In this document: positions 1-39,630 of the stretch, piece by piece | How positions within the stretch are numbered: position 1 is the first letter of the stretch | Layout: each line of letters starts with the position of its first letter | NCBI RefSeq assembly: GCF_009914755.1 | Contig: NC_060927.1 | Strand: one strand, 5' to 3' | Length of the DNA stretch: 64,000 nucleotides | Source of the DNA: the human T2T-CHM13v2.0 reference genome, Homo sapiens | Translations under genes and position numbers: made by a program | The notes under the pieces: generated by a model | Told to the model about the DNA's origin: nothing | Seen by the model: only the letters and a program-made list of their open reading frames with translations | The model's database searches: none

Positions 1-267
<267 letters not shown>

Positions 268-358
268 CTAGCCTGGGCCCCATTCCAGAGGTCTCCCTGC
301 CTCTGGCAGAGTGGGGGTACATTCCTTCAACTGCCTGACCACCCGCCACTGTGCCCAG

Positions 359-5025
<4,667 letters not shown>

Positions 5026-5702
5026 GGGGCAGCGGGGCCTGGCGGGATGGTGAGCCAGAGGGGCTGTGGCAGGGTGCTGGGGAAGAACTAAGCGGGCCTG
5101 GAGCCCCAGCAGGGGGTTCTGGGGGTGGGTAGGGGGGTGAACCTGGAGGGGGAGGGGCAATAGGTGACCAGGGGACAAGGGAGGAGAAGGCCCAGGGTGT
5201 GAATCAGGAGGTCAAGTGAGTGAGGTGCAGGGCATGGAGGAGGTCATACAAGCAGGCCTGGCCCAGTGGTCCAGACAGAAGGGCCTGGCCTTGCCCTGGG
5301 ACAGAACCAGAGGCCATCCTGATGTTCCCTGGAGAAATCTCACCTCCTCACCCACCAGGCCATTGGCCCAGCCTGCCGGAAGCTGCATGCCAGCGGAGCC
5401 CAGCCCTGCTGCCCACTACCACCAGCTCCATGTGCACCTCCAGCTCTTGCCCTCTGACTTGTCTGAGCGTCCCGGGCTTAGGCTGGCCCCACTGGCCCTG
5501 GTGGAGGTGGGGATGACTCTCCCAGTGCCACAGACTCCCCTCCCCCACGTAACCCAGCAACAGAAACTGGCTCCTGGGCGGCAACTGTGTCCCTGGTAAC
5601 AAATGGGTAGGAAAAATAGAGAAGGGTCATTGTCTAGGGAGGCGGGAGAGAGGCACGCCCTGGCTGCTTCCCGATCCATGCTCTGCTTTCCCCCACCTCC
5701 AG

Positions 5703-6690
5703 GGCCACCGCCGACTTTGTACCCCCCAACCCCTGAGGAAGATGGGGGCAAGAAGATCACGCTCCCCGCCTGTTCCCCCGCCGCTTTTCTCCTCTTTCCT
5801 CTCTTTGTTCTCAGCTCCCCCTGTCCCCTCAGCTCCAGACGTAGGGGAGGGGTTGCCACAGGCCTCCCTGTTTGAAGCCTGCCCTTGTCTGAGATGCTGG
5901 TAATGGCCATGGTACCCCCTTCTGGGCATCTGTTCTGGTTTTTAACCATTGTCTTGTTCTGTGATGAGGGGAGGGGGGCACATGCTGAGTCTCCCAAGGC
6001 TGCGTCTGGAGGGGCCCCTGCTTCTCCAGCCTGGACCCCCAGCTTTGCCCAACACCAGCCCCTGCCCCAGCCCAAGTCCAAATGTTTACAGGGAGCCTCC
6101 TGCCCAGTCCCCCAACCCCAGCCGCTCGGAGGCCCCAAAGGAAAAAGCACAAGAAGCGTGAGACGCCACCATTCCTGGAAACCACAGTCCACCTGCTCAT
6201 TCTCGTAGCTTTTTAAAAAAATGAAAGTAAAGGAAAAAAAAAAAACTGCAAATCTAGAAAACTTTTTAGAGAAAAACTATTTAAAACTGTCAGATCCTGA
6301 CCAGCAAGCCCCCCCCCAGCCCCCCTTCCAAGTGACTCCGTGCCTTGAGTGTGTCTGCGTGTTTACACCCGTCCCTCTGCTGGCCGCCCCCGTGCGAGCG
6401 GCACCCCTGCCCTGCCCTCCACAGAATTGGGTTCCAAGGGCTGTTCCAGACAACTGCCAACGTCACTGAGGGCCCTGCCCCAGCGGCCCTGGCCCCAGGC
6501 TCTATTAACCTAAAATGTAGCTCCCTAGCGCTAACCTAGGAACCGCCGCTGCCTGCTGGGGGGCCACGCCCCTCATGCCCTTGTCCCAGGCCCGGGGCCT
6601 TCAGCGTTGAACACTTCCTTGCTTTTTTCACATGTTTTATGGAATTGTTCACCTGGTTTGAAATAATAAAATGTAGAAAGAAAAAAAATA
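5703..6690 (+). other. GNAI2: GNAI2 terminal non-coding exon (3' UTR)
   Basis: Donor ATG|GTGAG at 5049/5050, 24 nt after the stop; acceptor CCCCACCTCCAG|G at 5702/5703; AATAAA at 6665-6670. The 3' end is approximate. Confidence 0.85.
6665..6670 (+). terminator. GNAI2: GNAI2 polyadenylation signal
   Basis: AATAAA at the end of the terminal exon. Confidence 0.8.
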
Positions 6691-7329
6691 CCGAGAACTG
6701 ATGGGTATTCTCTCCCAGGGGCAGAGGCCTGGGCTAAGGTGTGCCAAGGTGATGGTGGTCCTAACCTCAGTCCTCAACCTGAGTCAGGGCCCTGACTCAG
6801 CTTTCCGGGCCGTCCTGGAGCCCCACGCTCTGAGCTTCATTTCTCCCACCTGGACTAGGCAGCATACATGTGGGGCCCGTGTGTCCCCGCCCTTCCAGTA
6901 CTCTGCAGCCTTGGGTCTCGGGCAGCTGGGCAGGCTTCTAAGGGAGCTGTTGTAAGGTGCTCTTCCACACCTGGAGCAGGAGGGGTGGCCGGCCTCTCTA
7001 GCGCGGAAGGAGAAAGTGACTTCCGACTTAGGTACCAAGGCCTGAGAGTGTCCGTTGCCAAGGCCACACAGCCAGGTGGGCCGCATGCAGTCCTGGCTTG
7101 ACTAAAAAGGCCAGTAGGGGCCTTAAGACATATTCAGAAAGTTCCCTGCCCCAGAGGGCCGCCGCCAAACCTGAAGGGTAGTGACAGGTGGCCATACTAC
7201 CATGTGATGGTTGCCCCAGGCTGGGCCTGGAGGGCTGCAGATCATTGACTCTGAAGATGGAAGGCTCCATGAGGCTGTGGGAAGGGCCCGCGCGTTTCTG
7301 GGGAAGGGAATTGCAGATGGCAAGGCTGG

Positions 7330-8000
7330 TGATGCTTGTGGGGCGGGCCCTGAGTGCCATCGAGGCGCCTGGACCTTCTCCCGGGGGCAGCCGCGGCCTG
7401 AACGTGTGGGGGCGGGCTCGCGGAAAGGCTGGCCTCGACTGGGTGGGGCTCCGGCGTTGGCGCATCCGCCTCCGGCCGCCAGGGGGCGCCGCCGCCCGTG
7501 CTCTGCCCTGCCTGGCTGGTCACAGAGGCTGACGTCAGCGGGTCCCGCGGAGGCCGCTGGACACAAAGGCAGCTTTGTGAGGCGGCGACGGCTCCGCGGC
7601 CGCCCCAGGACAGAGCGGCCTGGGCAGAGGGCGGGCCGGGGTCGGCGCCGCGGAGGCGGGGAGGGAGGGAGGGTTGGAGGGTTGAGCCAGAGACCCGGGA
7701 CCCCGTCCCCGCACACCTGCCAGTGCCCCGTAGCTTCGGCCGCCGGCACTGGCAGGAGATGAAAGGCTGCTGCCGCCCGGTCGGAAGGACATCGGCGCCC
7801 CCCAGGCCCGGTCCCCGCCCCAGTTCCTCGGGCCTTTCCTGCTGCCCCTGCCTGCGAGGGCCGACGACACGGAGAACAGGATCCTGCGCCCAACCCAGGT
7901 CCCCGCCTTCTTTCAGAGGCCCAGGCCTGGACCCCGCTGAGCCGCAGATGTGCGAGCAGGAGCGCCAGAGCCCCGATGCCCGCCCAGCAGGAAGCGGGCG
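7330..8000. promoter_or_regulatory. Intergenic CpG island with CTCF-like motif and full CRE
   Basis: Dense CpG; CGGCCGCCAGGGGGCGCCG at 7473-7491; palindromic GCTGACGTCAGC at 7528-7539. Confidence 0.7.
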
Positions 8001-9236
8001 GGAGATGGTTCCTTCCTTCTGTCCTGAGGGGGAACCCTGCACAGAGGGACCATTGAGGGCCTGGCATTGTCTGCCTAACTCACCCAGTGCCTCCCTCCCT
8101 GGGTGGGCCATGCGGGGCCTTGACAGGATTGCCCTGGTGCCGTCTTGGCAGTGGGTCTGGGTGGGATCCTGGGGGCAGGGCTTCCCTGAGTGCAGACAGC
8201 TAGGCCTCCACCTGCCCCGGCCTCCCACCCAGGCTCAGATTTCCAGGGCATAAGGCTCCATTGTCCCAGCACTGGTGGAGGCGGCCTGTCAATTCAGCCT
8301 TGTGTTTGGTGGTTGGGAAATTCCCAGCCATGGGGGGCTGCAGGCAGGAAGGGGCTGCCCAGGTGTCCTGCACCCCAACTGAAGGGACTCCATGAGGTTG
8401 GTTCCTGGGCATCCCCTGCTGCCTGGAGCTGTCCCAGGCTGGACCTCAACCATTCATCAACCCTCAGGAGCAGTTGGGTGAGGAGCACCAGAAATTCAAT
8501 GCTCCCTGGCGCTGCATCCCCAGAGCCCTCCCAGCCTAAGAAGCCCCATCTTTCTGTCTCCACGCATGGAGAACTGCAGCTGTGAGGCCCAGGACCCTTA
8601 GCAGGACATGCAGAGCTGGGCAGGGACCCAGGCTCATGCTCCCAGCGTGGGGTGAGTTGTCTCCAGCCTGTGGAGACTGCCATGAAGTTGATCTGCCTCC
8701 CAGAGGGCCTGGCCCACTTGAAATAATTGCTCCGGCTACTGATGTGGTGGGAACTTTGGTATTTTTAACCCATTTGGGGGGTGGGGGAGCAGCTAGGAAG
8801 AGAGAGGCAAGCTTTCAGAGTCAGAGAGGCCTGAGAGAGGAGAGTAGAGGGAAACTCAGTGAGGAGGAGCCAGGCAGGCTGCCTCGGTAGTTCCCCAGGC
8901 CTAGACACCCCCCCTGTACCACCCCCTGTCCCAGCAGGTAGGTGCAGACCTAGATGCCAGGTGCAGAAGGGGGAAAGGGCCCTCTCCAGGGTTACAGCAG
9001 GGATCACCGAGGCTGCAGGGGCTGCCAAGGCCTGGAAGAAGTCCCATGTTCCAGGGAGCCCCATGGCTTCTGATGTCAGGAAAACTTAGTCCTCTCAGTT
9101 CCCCAGAATCATTTCACCCCACCCCACCCAAACTGAGTGGCAAACCAGTTGAGTAGAGAATACAAGCCCTGACTCCAGCTGCCTGGTCAGTGGCATAGCC
9201 AGCCAAGTCCTAGCAACCCTAGGAGTCAGGGAGTCA

Positions 9237-11565
<2,329 letters not shown>

Positions 11566-13979
11566 GTACTGGGGTGAGGGGCACAGCAAAAGGGGACAAG
11601 AGAGGAGCTGAGCCCGAGAAGGGGCCTTGTTCAGCTGGGATGGAAGAGGCAGCAGTGGAGGGTTTCTCTGAGGCCCTCATAGGCCTGGGTGCCCAAGATG
11701 CCCAGAGCTAAGGTGGCAGCAAGAGTGCATACCTGTGGTACCCCCACTGTGTGCCAGACCTGCCTGGCCACTGTCTGCAGCTGCAGGGAAAATGAGAGGT
11801 GCAGACTCCAGCTAGGGCCACGGGGTCGGCTAAGCGGCAGGGTAGGGATTCAGCCCCACCTCCTGCTGGACTAACAAGGGGGTTGATCCTTGGGGCTGGC
11901 TCCAGACTCCTCAGCCCTCCCCCAGAGCATTCAGAGCCCCATACCCAGTACTCCTGGGAGGCTCTCCCCTAGCCAGTTAGGAGAATGTAGTATTTATGTA
12001 AATGTCTGTTCATGAGTGCAGTGTGCCCTCAGAGTCCACTTTCCAGCATTCCTGGCATAGCCCCCTCCACCCTGCCGGGCTCCAGAGGAGGGAGGGAGAG
12101 GGAGGCCCCGCCCCCAGCCCCCTCTCCTCCCACTCCTCCCTGCTGGGCAATGAGGAAAACAGGAGTGAGGGAAGAGCTGTGATGTGGCTGGTTGGGGGGG
12201 CTCCCGCATCCCAGAAGGGCTGACCTCAGCCTGGGAGGAATGTGCAGGAGGGGAGGGCAGGGGTGGGGCAGGCGGGGGTAGGGCCACAGCCAAAGGCCCA
12301 GGGTTCTTGGTAGCCCCTCCCTCAGCACCTCCATCTCAGTTCTGACAGGGCCCTCAGAAGGGAAGGGGAACAGGCAAGGAGGGGAGGAGCTAATCTTTCA
12401 AAAAAGGTGGGCCAGGGTTCCCTGGGAATGTGGAGACCAGGCTGGGGTGAGGACATGCCTGCAGACGCTTCCCCAGGAGATGCCCCTGGGGCAGGGCCTT
12501 AGAGTGTCTGGGAAGTTAGGCCTCAGGTGATGATCCTATGGCCGCCCACGCCTGCCCCCACTGTGCCTAAGTCCTCTGGGCAGCATGACCTGGTACCTAC
12601 GTGGCCAGAACAAGGAAGAGTTGTGACGTTGGAGCCACAAGCCCTGATGACTAAAGCAGGTGTGAGTGGGGCGCCCAAGATCCCATCCAGTCCAGGCTGC
12701 ACTGGGAGGGTTGCCACAACCTTCCTCAGATGGGTGTCCCACCCCAACCACACCACCCGGAGTCCAGGCAGGGGCAAAGGGGCAGGCCCAGCTGGTGGCC
12801 AGGGGTGGGGAGGCAGGTGCTGAGATTTGGCACAACAATCCAGGTTTTTCCAGAAGGAAAAGCCAAGGCCGTGGTAGGCCATGCCACTGACAGGCAGCCC
12901 CAGAGCAAGGACCCAGGCAGGTCTCTGCCCATGGAAGCTCCCTCAAAAGAGAGAGGTCCAGGGTAGGAGTACAGGCAGGAAAAGGGACCCCAGCTGCCTT
13001 GCCTGGTTTGCCCCATTCTGTTGAGACTCAGGCTCAGGCTGCCTGATTCCAGAATCCTCGAGGAGTTCCAGCCCCCAGTGTGACCCACAGGCAGTGACCT
13101 TGCTCCTGGAGTGCTGACCTCCATGGGGGCCCCTACCCATGGCCTGGCACACTGGACCTGGGGCTGAGGAACAGAAAGGGGACCATGTGGAATCAGGGAC
13201 AACTTGACCTCCCATCCCTGGAGACCTCCATTCCTACTCAAGGGAGGGTACACATCTAGAGGACAGAGGACAGGGCACAGCACTCAATGGGGACAGAGAC
13301 AGTCTAGTCCTTTTGGCTGGGGGTTGACTCCCAGGCTATTGGAAAGATAATGGCGGTGGCGGGGGGGTTTCTGATACCGTTTCCCAGAGTGAACACAGGT
13401 GGAGGAAGGTGCGGGGTGATGAAACAGAGACAGGGCCCCTGGGCCTGGAAAAACATAAGGCAGTGAGGGCCTATGGGGGCACAGTGGGAGTGGATGGGAG
13501 CCTCTGAGGCACTTGCTGATCCTGGCTGCTTGGGTGGAAAGCTGTAAACAGCCAAAGAATGTTGTCTGCTTGCATGGAGCCAGGAGAGCCTGCCCAGGTC
13601 CTCTAAGGCTAGAGGCAGCTACTCCTGGAGTAGGAAAAGGCCACATCCAGGAAGCCCACGAGCCCAGGCAGGGATCTGTCCTTCCACTTGCCCTCCTGAA
13701 GGGCCCTGCGGCTCCCACTGGCCCCTGTTATTTACCTGCCAGCTGGCCAGGCCAGGCCAGGTATACCAGGTCCTCAGGCTCAGGAAGGAGGGGCATAGCC
13801 CCACTTCCACTTCCAGGGGACTTGGAGATGTGCCCCCCACCTCTGTCCTTGCTTGGCTGGAGGCATCCAGGGCTGGGCAACAGAACTGCAACACTTGAAA
13901 TGCCCACACTGCCCCATCAGCCTTGGGAGGTGGTAGGAAAATGCCTTTTGCGGGGATGGAAGGATCAAAGCCCATTCTC

Positions 13980-14720
13980 AAGCCCTGGTATATTCACTCA
14001 GGTGGACTTCAGGGCTCCACTCTGCCACTGTCAACATACAGTCCCTCCAGAGAAGTACCCCTCATGTTACAAATGGGGCACGTTCACCAGACTCAGCTTC
14101 AGGACAAGACCCCAGGTCATTCCCAACTGAGGCTCCGAGGTGCAGGAGCTCCGTCCTGTCTGTAAAACTCCCTCAGTTTTCGGCTCTGGGTTTGGTGGGG
14201 GTTGTTCCTCCCACCTCCAACCTAGAAAGAGAAGCCAGAGGAAGGGAGGTCACATGGTCTGCCCCCCAACCTCTCAGCAGAGATGCAAAGCTACCTGTCC
14301 AGGATGGCGGACTCCAGATGGGCCCCGCCCTGTGGTGCAGAAGTGAGATTTGCTGCTCCTCCTGCGTCTGCCCCTCTCCTGCCCTCCTCTCCCTCCCCTA
14401 TCTGGCTGTCATGGTAGAAGCCACTGCTGGCCAGGCCACTGAAGTACTAAGTGGCCCAAGTGTTGAGGAAGGATGGGGACTGGGTCCTGAGGGCCCATCC
14501 GACCTCCAGTTGAGAGCCCCTCCCCTGACCTCCAGCTGCCCGGCCACCCCAGCCGGTCCCTGGGAACTGAGGTGGCAGCTGAGCTCCCCATTATCTTTCC
14601 CCACAGCTCCCCACCTGTGGAGGGAGAGGTTGAGATATTGGAGTCCACGGGTGGTGCCCCCACTCAGTGATTCCCTTTGCCTGCTGAGCCCCTGGAGCTG
14701 GGGTTTCTTCCTCCCTTGCC
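13980..14720 (-). ncRNA. SEMA3B-AS1: Approximate location of the antisense lncRNA divergent from the SEMA3B upstream promoter
   Basis: Mainly recalled locus knowledge. The sequence shows only the adjacent CpG-rich promoter and a minus-strand acceptor CCTCTCCCTCCACAG near 14615. Boundaries cannot be derived from the sequence. Confidence 0.3.
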
Positions 14721-14829
14721 TTGGCTGGCCACCTGGCTTCTGGGACCGCCACCTGGGGCACCCTTCTGCTTTAAGGCCCAATATGGGAGGGGTCGTCCCT
14801 ACCAGCCCCTCCCTTGTGCCCATTCCACT

Positions 14830-15110
14830 CCCGCCTGGCTGCCGTCTCCAGCTGGTCCCGGCTGCCTGCCCGGTCACCCGATCCGCCCTCTAAACTTTAC
14901 GGCACGGCGGGCGGTGCGTGGGGCGGTGGCTGGCCTGGTGGGGGCGGGGGCTGCTTCTTAAAGGAGCCGTCAGAGGGTCCCCAGCGGCCCCAGGGTGGGA
15001 AGGGGCCAGAGTGGAGAGATGCTGCTGCGGAAGTCCTCGGTGGAGTGTGAGAAGGCAGCCAGTGTTGGCCTGGAAGACCTCTAGAACCTGAGAAGAGGCA
15101 GCGGCAAGTG
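14830..15110 (+). promoter_or_regulatory. SEMA3B: Probable SEMA3B upstream promoter and non-coding first exon
   Basis: CpG cluster, GC boxes (GGGGCGG), TATA-like CTTAAAG near 14957, candidate GC-type donor CG|GCAAGT at 15103/15104; matching acceptor CTCCTCTTCCAG|A at 16494/16495 before the ATG. Confidence 0.5.
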
Positions 15111-15693
15111 TCAGCGGAGGGAAGGAGGGAGGTGGAGGTCCTGGCCTGGGATGGGGCCAGGAGCTGGGCAGGAGTGTGGGTGGAGGGGCCTGGAACCTGC
15201 CTCAGCAGCTGCTCCACTTGCTTAATCCCACCTGGAACCTTGTCCCACTCCCTGGGCTCCTGTGTCCAGCACCTGCCCAGCTGACCCCTGGGAAGGAGGG
15301 TGGGCATAGCAGCCAGGTCTTTGCCCCAGCTGAGGGCCAGGGGGAGGTGTCTGGCTCCTAGAGTGAAGGGGCTCAAAGATGGGGAAGAACTCAAGGGGTG
15401 AGAGAAGTGAAGGGAGAGGCTCAGAGAGGCTGTGGAGGCGTTGAGAGGGAAGGCCAGCTCAGCGAGGCCAGGAGGCTGGGGTGCAAATGAAGGGCTGCCT
15501 CACCTTGCCCCTCTTTGATTCCTCAGGGGTGTGGAGAGAGAGCCCTCAAGCTCAAATGCAGAGGCTGCTTCAGCTGGGTTGGGAGCAGTCCCCAAGTCAG
15601 AGGCTGAGGCTTCTGCCCAGGTCTTGGGTCTCCTGGGTAGCACTTCTCCCTCTGAGGAATGGAGTGATTGATGCTGCAGTTGGATTTGCTCAC

Positions 15694-15715
15694 TTGCATG
15701 CCCAGAGACATGTCT
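15694..15715. promoter_or_regulatory. p53 response element candidate
   Basis: TTGCATGCCC-AG-AGACATGTCT: two RRRCWWGYYY half-sites (the second perfect) about 870 bp upstream of the SEMA3B ATG. SEMA3B is an established p53 target. Confidence 0.6.
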
Positions 15716-15719
15716 ATTC

Positions 15720-15965
15720 TTATGGGTGCACACGTTTGCACATGCACAAATGTGCAACACATCTGTGTGCAAAATATGCACATATCACACATATGTACTG
15801 CATGGATTGCACAGTGCCACATGTGTGTGCACACCAACCCATATCCACACATGTGCAATATGACACACTATATATTTGCACATAGATGTGCACACACATG
15901 CACATACACACTACACACATGCGCACATCACAAGGGGACACTCGGAAACACATTCACAGGCACCC
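15720..15965. repeat. Low-complexity alternating purine-pyrimidine (CA/TG/CATG) tract
   Basis: Repeated CACATGTG/TGCACA/CATATG units; a similar tract lies at about 4575-4810 in GNAI2 intron 7. Confidence 0.8.
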
Positions 15966-16574
15966 ACACCCTTGGCTCCAGCCTCAAAAGTGTCTCTGTG
16001 TTTTTCTGCGGGACTGTGGGGACACTGCCACCTCCAGAGGCCTGACCCCCTCCTGTCACTCTCACTCTTTTGACTGGCTTGTTTTGCTCATTGCACTTGG
16101 CACCCTCTGCATCCATCTGATTCCTTGTTGGCACTCTGTCCCCTTTCACACGGGGACCTTGTCTATGTCTCCCAGTATCCCTCCTCCCAGGTCTAGGCTG
16201 GCATGAAGTGGGTGGCACATTGTGAATTAATGTCTGTGAGTGTGTATACAAGAGAGGAGATTACTGGGAAGGGTGACGTGGTGAGGCGGGCTTGCCAGTG
16301 CAGGGTGACCCTGAGGGTGTGCCCAGTGGCGTGGGTGTGTCTGTGATTGTGGCCAGGCGGGGCACCCTCGGAGGGGAGGGTTCGGAAGTGGAATGCGACC
16401 CCCCAGCCTCTTTCCCCTAGGGGCTGTAATCTGATCCCTGGGGACTCCCCCCCTAGCCTCCCGCCCTCGCCCTCACTGCTGACTCCTCTTCCAGATCCTG
16501 GGGCAGAGTCCAGGGCAGCTCAAGGCTCCTCCACACACACACCCGCTGAACCCTGAGCACCCTGAGCTGCTGAG

Positions 16575-24055
<7,481 letters not shown>

Positions 24056-24469
24056 CCAGACTGTCCCCACGCCGGGAACCAAGCAGGAGACGACAGGCGA
24101 GAGAGGAGCCAGACAGACCCTGAAAAGAAGGACGGGTTGGGGCCGGGCACATTGGGGGTCACCGGCCGATGGAGACACCAACCGACAGGCCCTGGCTGAG
24201 GGCAGCTGCGCGGGCTTATTTATTAACAGGATAACCCTTGAATGTAGCAGCCCCGGGAGGGCGGCACAGGTCGGGCGCAGGATTCAGCCGGAGGGAAGGG
24301 ACGGGGAAGCCGAGCTCCAGAGCAACGACCAGGGCCGAGGAGGTGCCTGGAGTGCCCACCCTGGGAGACAGACCCCACCTCCTTGGGTAGTGAGCAGTGA
24401 GCAGAAAGCTGTGAACAGGCTGGGCTGCTGGAGGTGGGGCGAGGCAGGCCGACTGTACTAAAGTAACGC

Positions 24470-24475
24470 AATAAA
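24470..24475 (+). terminator. SEMA3B: SEMA3B polyadenylation signal
   Basis: AATAAA 415 nt after the stop, followed by GT-rich sequence. Confidence 0.8.
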
Positions 24476-24618
24476 CGCATTATCAGCCAAAGCTGGAATG
24501 GCCCCAGCAGAAAACCCCAGTCCTCGGCCTTGCTATGTGGTCTTGGGCACCTTACTAGCGGTGTCAGGGCCCGAGTTTCTCCTGTCCAAGGTTGCCTGGT
24601 GAGGATTAAAGGTGGTTC

Positions 24619-25417
<799 letters not shown>

Positions 25418-26299
25418 CTATCTGGGAGCAGAGCATTCCAGGAGGGAACAGCCACCACCAAGCCCCTGAGGTGGTAACAAGCTTGTTGACTTTGAGGAAC
25501 ATCAGGGAGGCCAGTGTGAGACAACGGAGTGACAGGTTTGAGGTGTGTAGGAAGTAGAGCCCACAGTCTTGCTTTGCCCCCACTGGGAAGGAAGGGCACA
25601 GGGATCCAACCACAGAGGGAAAGCTGGAAGCTGGACCACCTCCTCCTTTCAAGGTAAGCAGTGATGCGCATCCTTACACAACCTTATGGGACCTGTCTGC
25701 CCTTGTGGAGATGGGAGCAGGGGAAGACCAAAACCGTGGATTGTGCTAAATGCTCCAGATGTTGTTCTCAGTGTACACTGCCAGGGAGGAGCCACTGTTA
25801 TTCCGACTTTACACATGAGCAAACTGAGTTCAGAGAGGGGAGACCCTTTACCTAAGGTTGCAAGCTTAGTAACAAATGAACCAGCCTCCAACCTAGGTCC
25901 ACCCACTGGCCAGCATGGGTGCTGTTGGTGTATCTGCCCACTTGTGAAGCTATCAGAGCCCTCATGGCATTGGGATTCAGTTGTCCATCACCCTCTATAA
26001 GACACACACAACAATAGCATTGTGTGCTAGCAGGTCACGCAGTGGAGGCTGCTGTGTTTGCTGGGAGGAGAGATGACTGGGCTGTGGGTAGGAGTCTGCA
26101 GGGGTAGAGGGGTGGCCAAATAGAGATGCACAGGCTTCCTTTGTCTGTCTTGGCTGCCACATGGGGCCTTGCTGAGCCTGGAGTGGCCATTCTGGATGTA
26201 TGGGGGAGGTGTGCTTCCCCTTGAAGGTCCCTGGGCACCTGGACTAGTGGAGGCAGGCTCCTGGCTGGCTCCCTCACCAGGTAGATAGTTCAGGCTGGC

Positions 26300-26400
26300 C
26301 CACGTGGATCACTCTGCCCCTTCCCATGGCTGAGGGCTGCCCCCTCTAAATATAGCCCAGTGGGCTGAGCTCAGGCCTATTTTAGGCCAAGGCTGGGAGG
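26300..26400 (+). promoter_or_regulatory. LSMEM2: LSMEM2 proximal promoter with MEF2 site
   Basis: CTAAATATAG (CTA-W4-TAG) at 26346-26355, related CTATTTTAG near 26377, E-box CACGTG at 26301; about 110 nt before the ATG. Confidence 0.55.
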
Positions 26401-26463
26401 CAGCCAGGCCTTCCCTGGGCTCACAAAGGAGCCACTGCTGCATTTGTCCAGTCCTGCTACTGG

Positions 26464-34557
<8,094 letters not shown>

Positions 34558-35547
34558 GATGCCATTTGGATCTGGGGCCTGGGGGTGTGTGTTGGGGGGG
34601 GAATAAAGTGGCTATGGGCAGGTCTCTCCTTCCCTACTGCTGGCTGCCACATCTACACTATTTCCTTGGTGAGATTTTTGTACAAGAACCTGTTGTTAAC
34701 TTAATGGCTGCCTCCCTCTCCTGATCTCTTCAAGCCAGGCCTAGCCAAGCCTCTGGTGCCAAAGCCTCGCTTTGGGTGGCCCAAGGTCAGGGGAAGGGGC
34801 ACCAGCCTCCTGGCTCCTCCTGTGGCCTGTCAACACTCTCTGGCCACCCCAGATGGCAGGTTCTGAAGTCTAGAAATAGCTGCCCCCATAGCAATCACCC
34901 AAACTCTGCCAGGGCTCCCAGTGAGGGTCCAGCCTCAGCTCTTAAAAAGACAGGCTGGGCTCTGAGTAGGGGGAGAGGCACCACCTGGGGAAGACTGCCT
35001 TGGAGGGCAAAGGTGACATCGTGGAAGACCAGTTGGGCCCAAGCCTGGGATAGTAGATGGGGAGGGAGAACAGAAAAATACCCAGGGGTTAAGACCACAG
35101 AAGGCTGACCGTTCTGTTTAATTATCTGTAATAATCCTTAAAAATCAGCACACAAATCCATTCCAGGTAGCTTTGCCACCCCACCTGCTGTGGTGGCATT
35201 TGTCCAGATGCCACCACCCCCCTAAGAGTGGGTCATCCTGGGGGAGCAAGGCCTGAGAAAGGAAAGGAAGGGAAAGGCCCCCTAGTGCCTGCCCCACAGC
35301 CCTGAGGAAGGCACATATTTAGCCTGGCCTGAGACAGGACAGGAAGGGGCCACAGGGCTGAGTGCAGGGACAAAGGGGTCAGGGTCCCAAGTGTCCGGGC
35401 CCCCAGCTACCCACCCCATGTCTGTTTTTGGTTTTGTCATTAAAAAAAATAAAGTGACAAATACTGGTGGAGACCAGTTGTTGCACTGTCTTCTGTTAAA
35501 AATACGGACCAAGGGCATAGAAAGTCTCCTCTTCAGCAGGTCCTGCT

Positions 35548-39630
<4,083 letters not shown>

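Noticed and set aside
5026-5702. GNAI2 3' UTR intron as an NMD trigger
   Set aside because: The junction is only 24 nt past the stop, under the 50-55 nt rule.
5416-6192. 258-aa antisense ORF over the GNAI2 3' UTR
   Set aside because: Non-ATG start, reads through a low-complexity A/T stretch and GC-rich UTR, no homology recognised.
7028-8253. Overlapping 180-330 aa ORFs on both strands
   Set aside because: Stop-poor GC-rich island with Pro/Gly/Arg/Ala bias and no recognisable domain.
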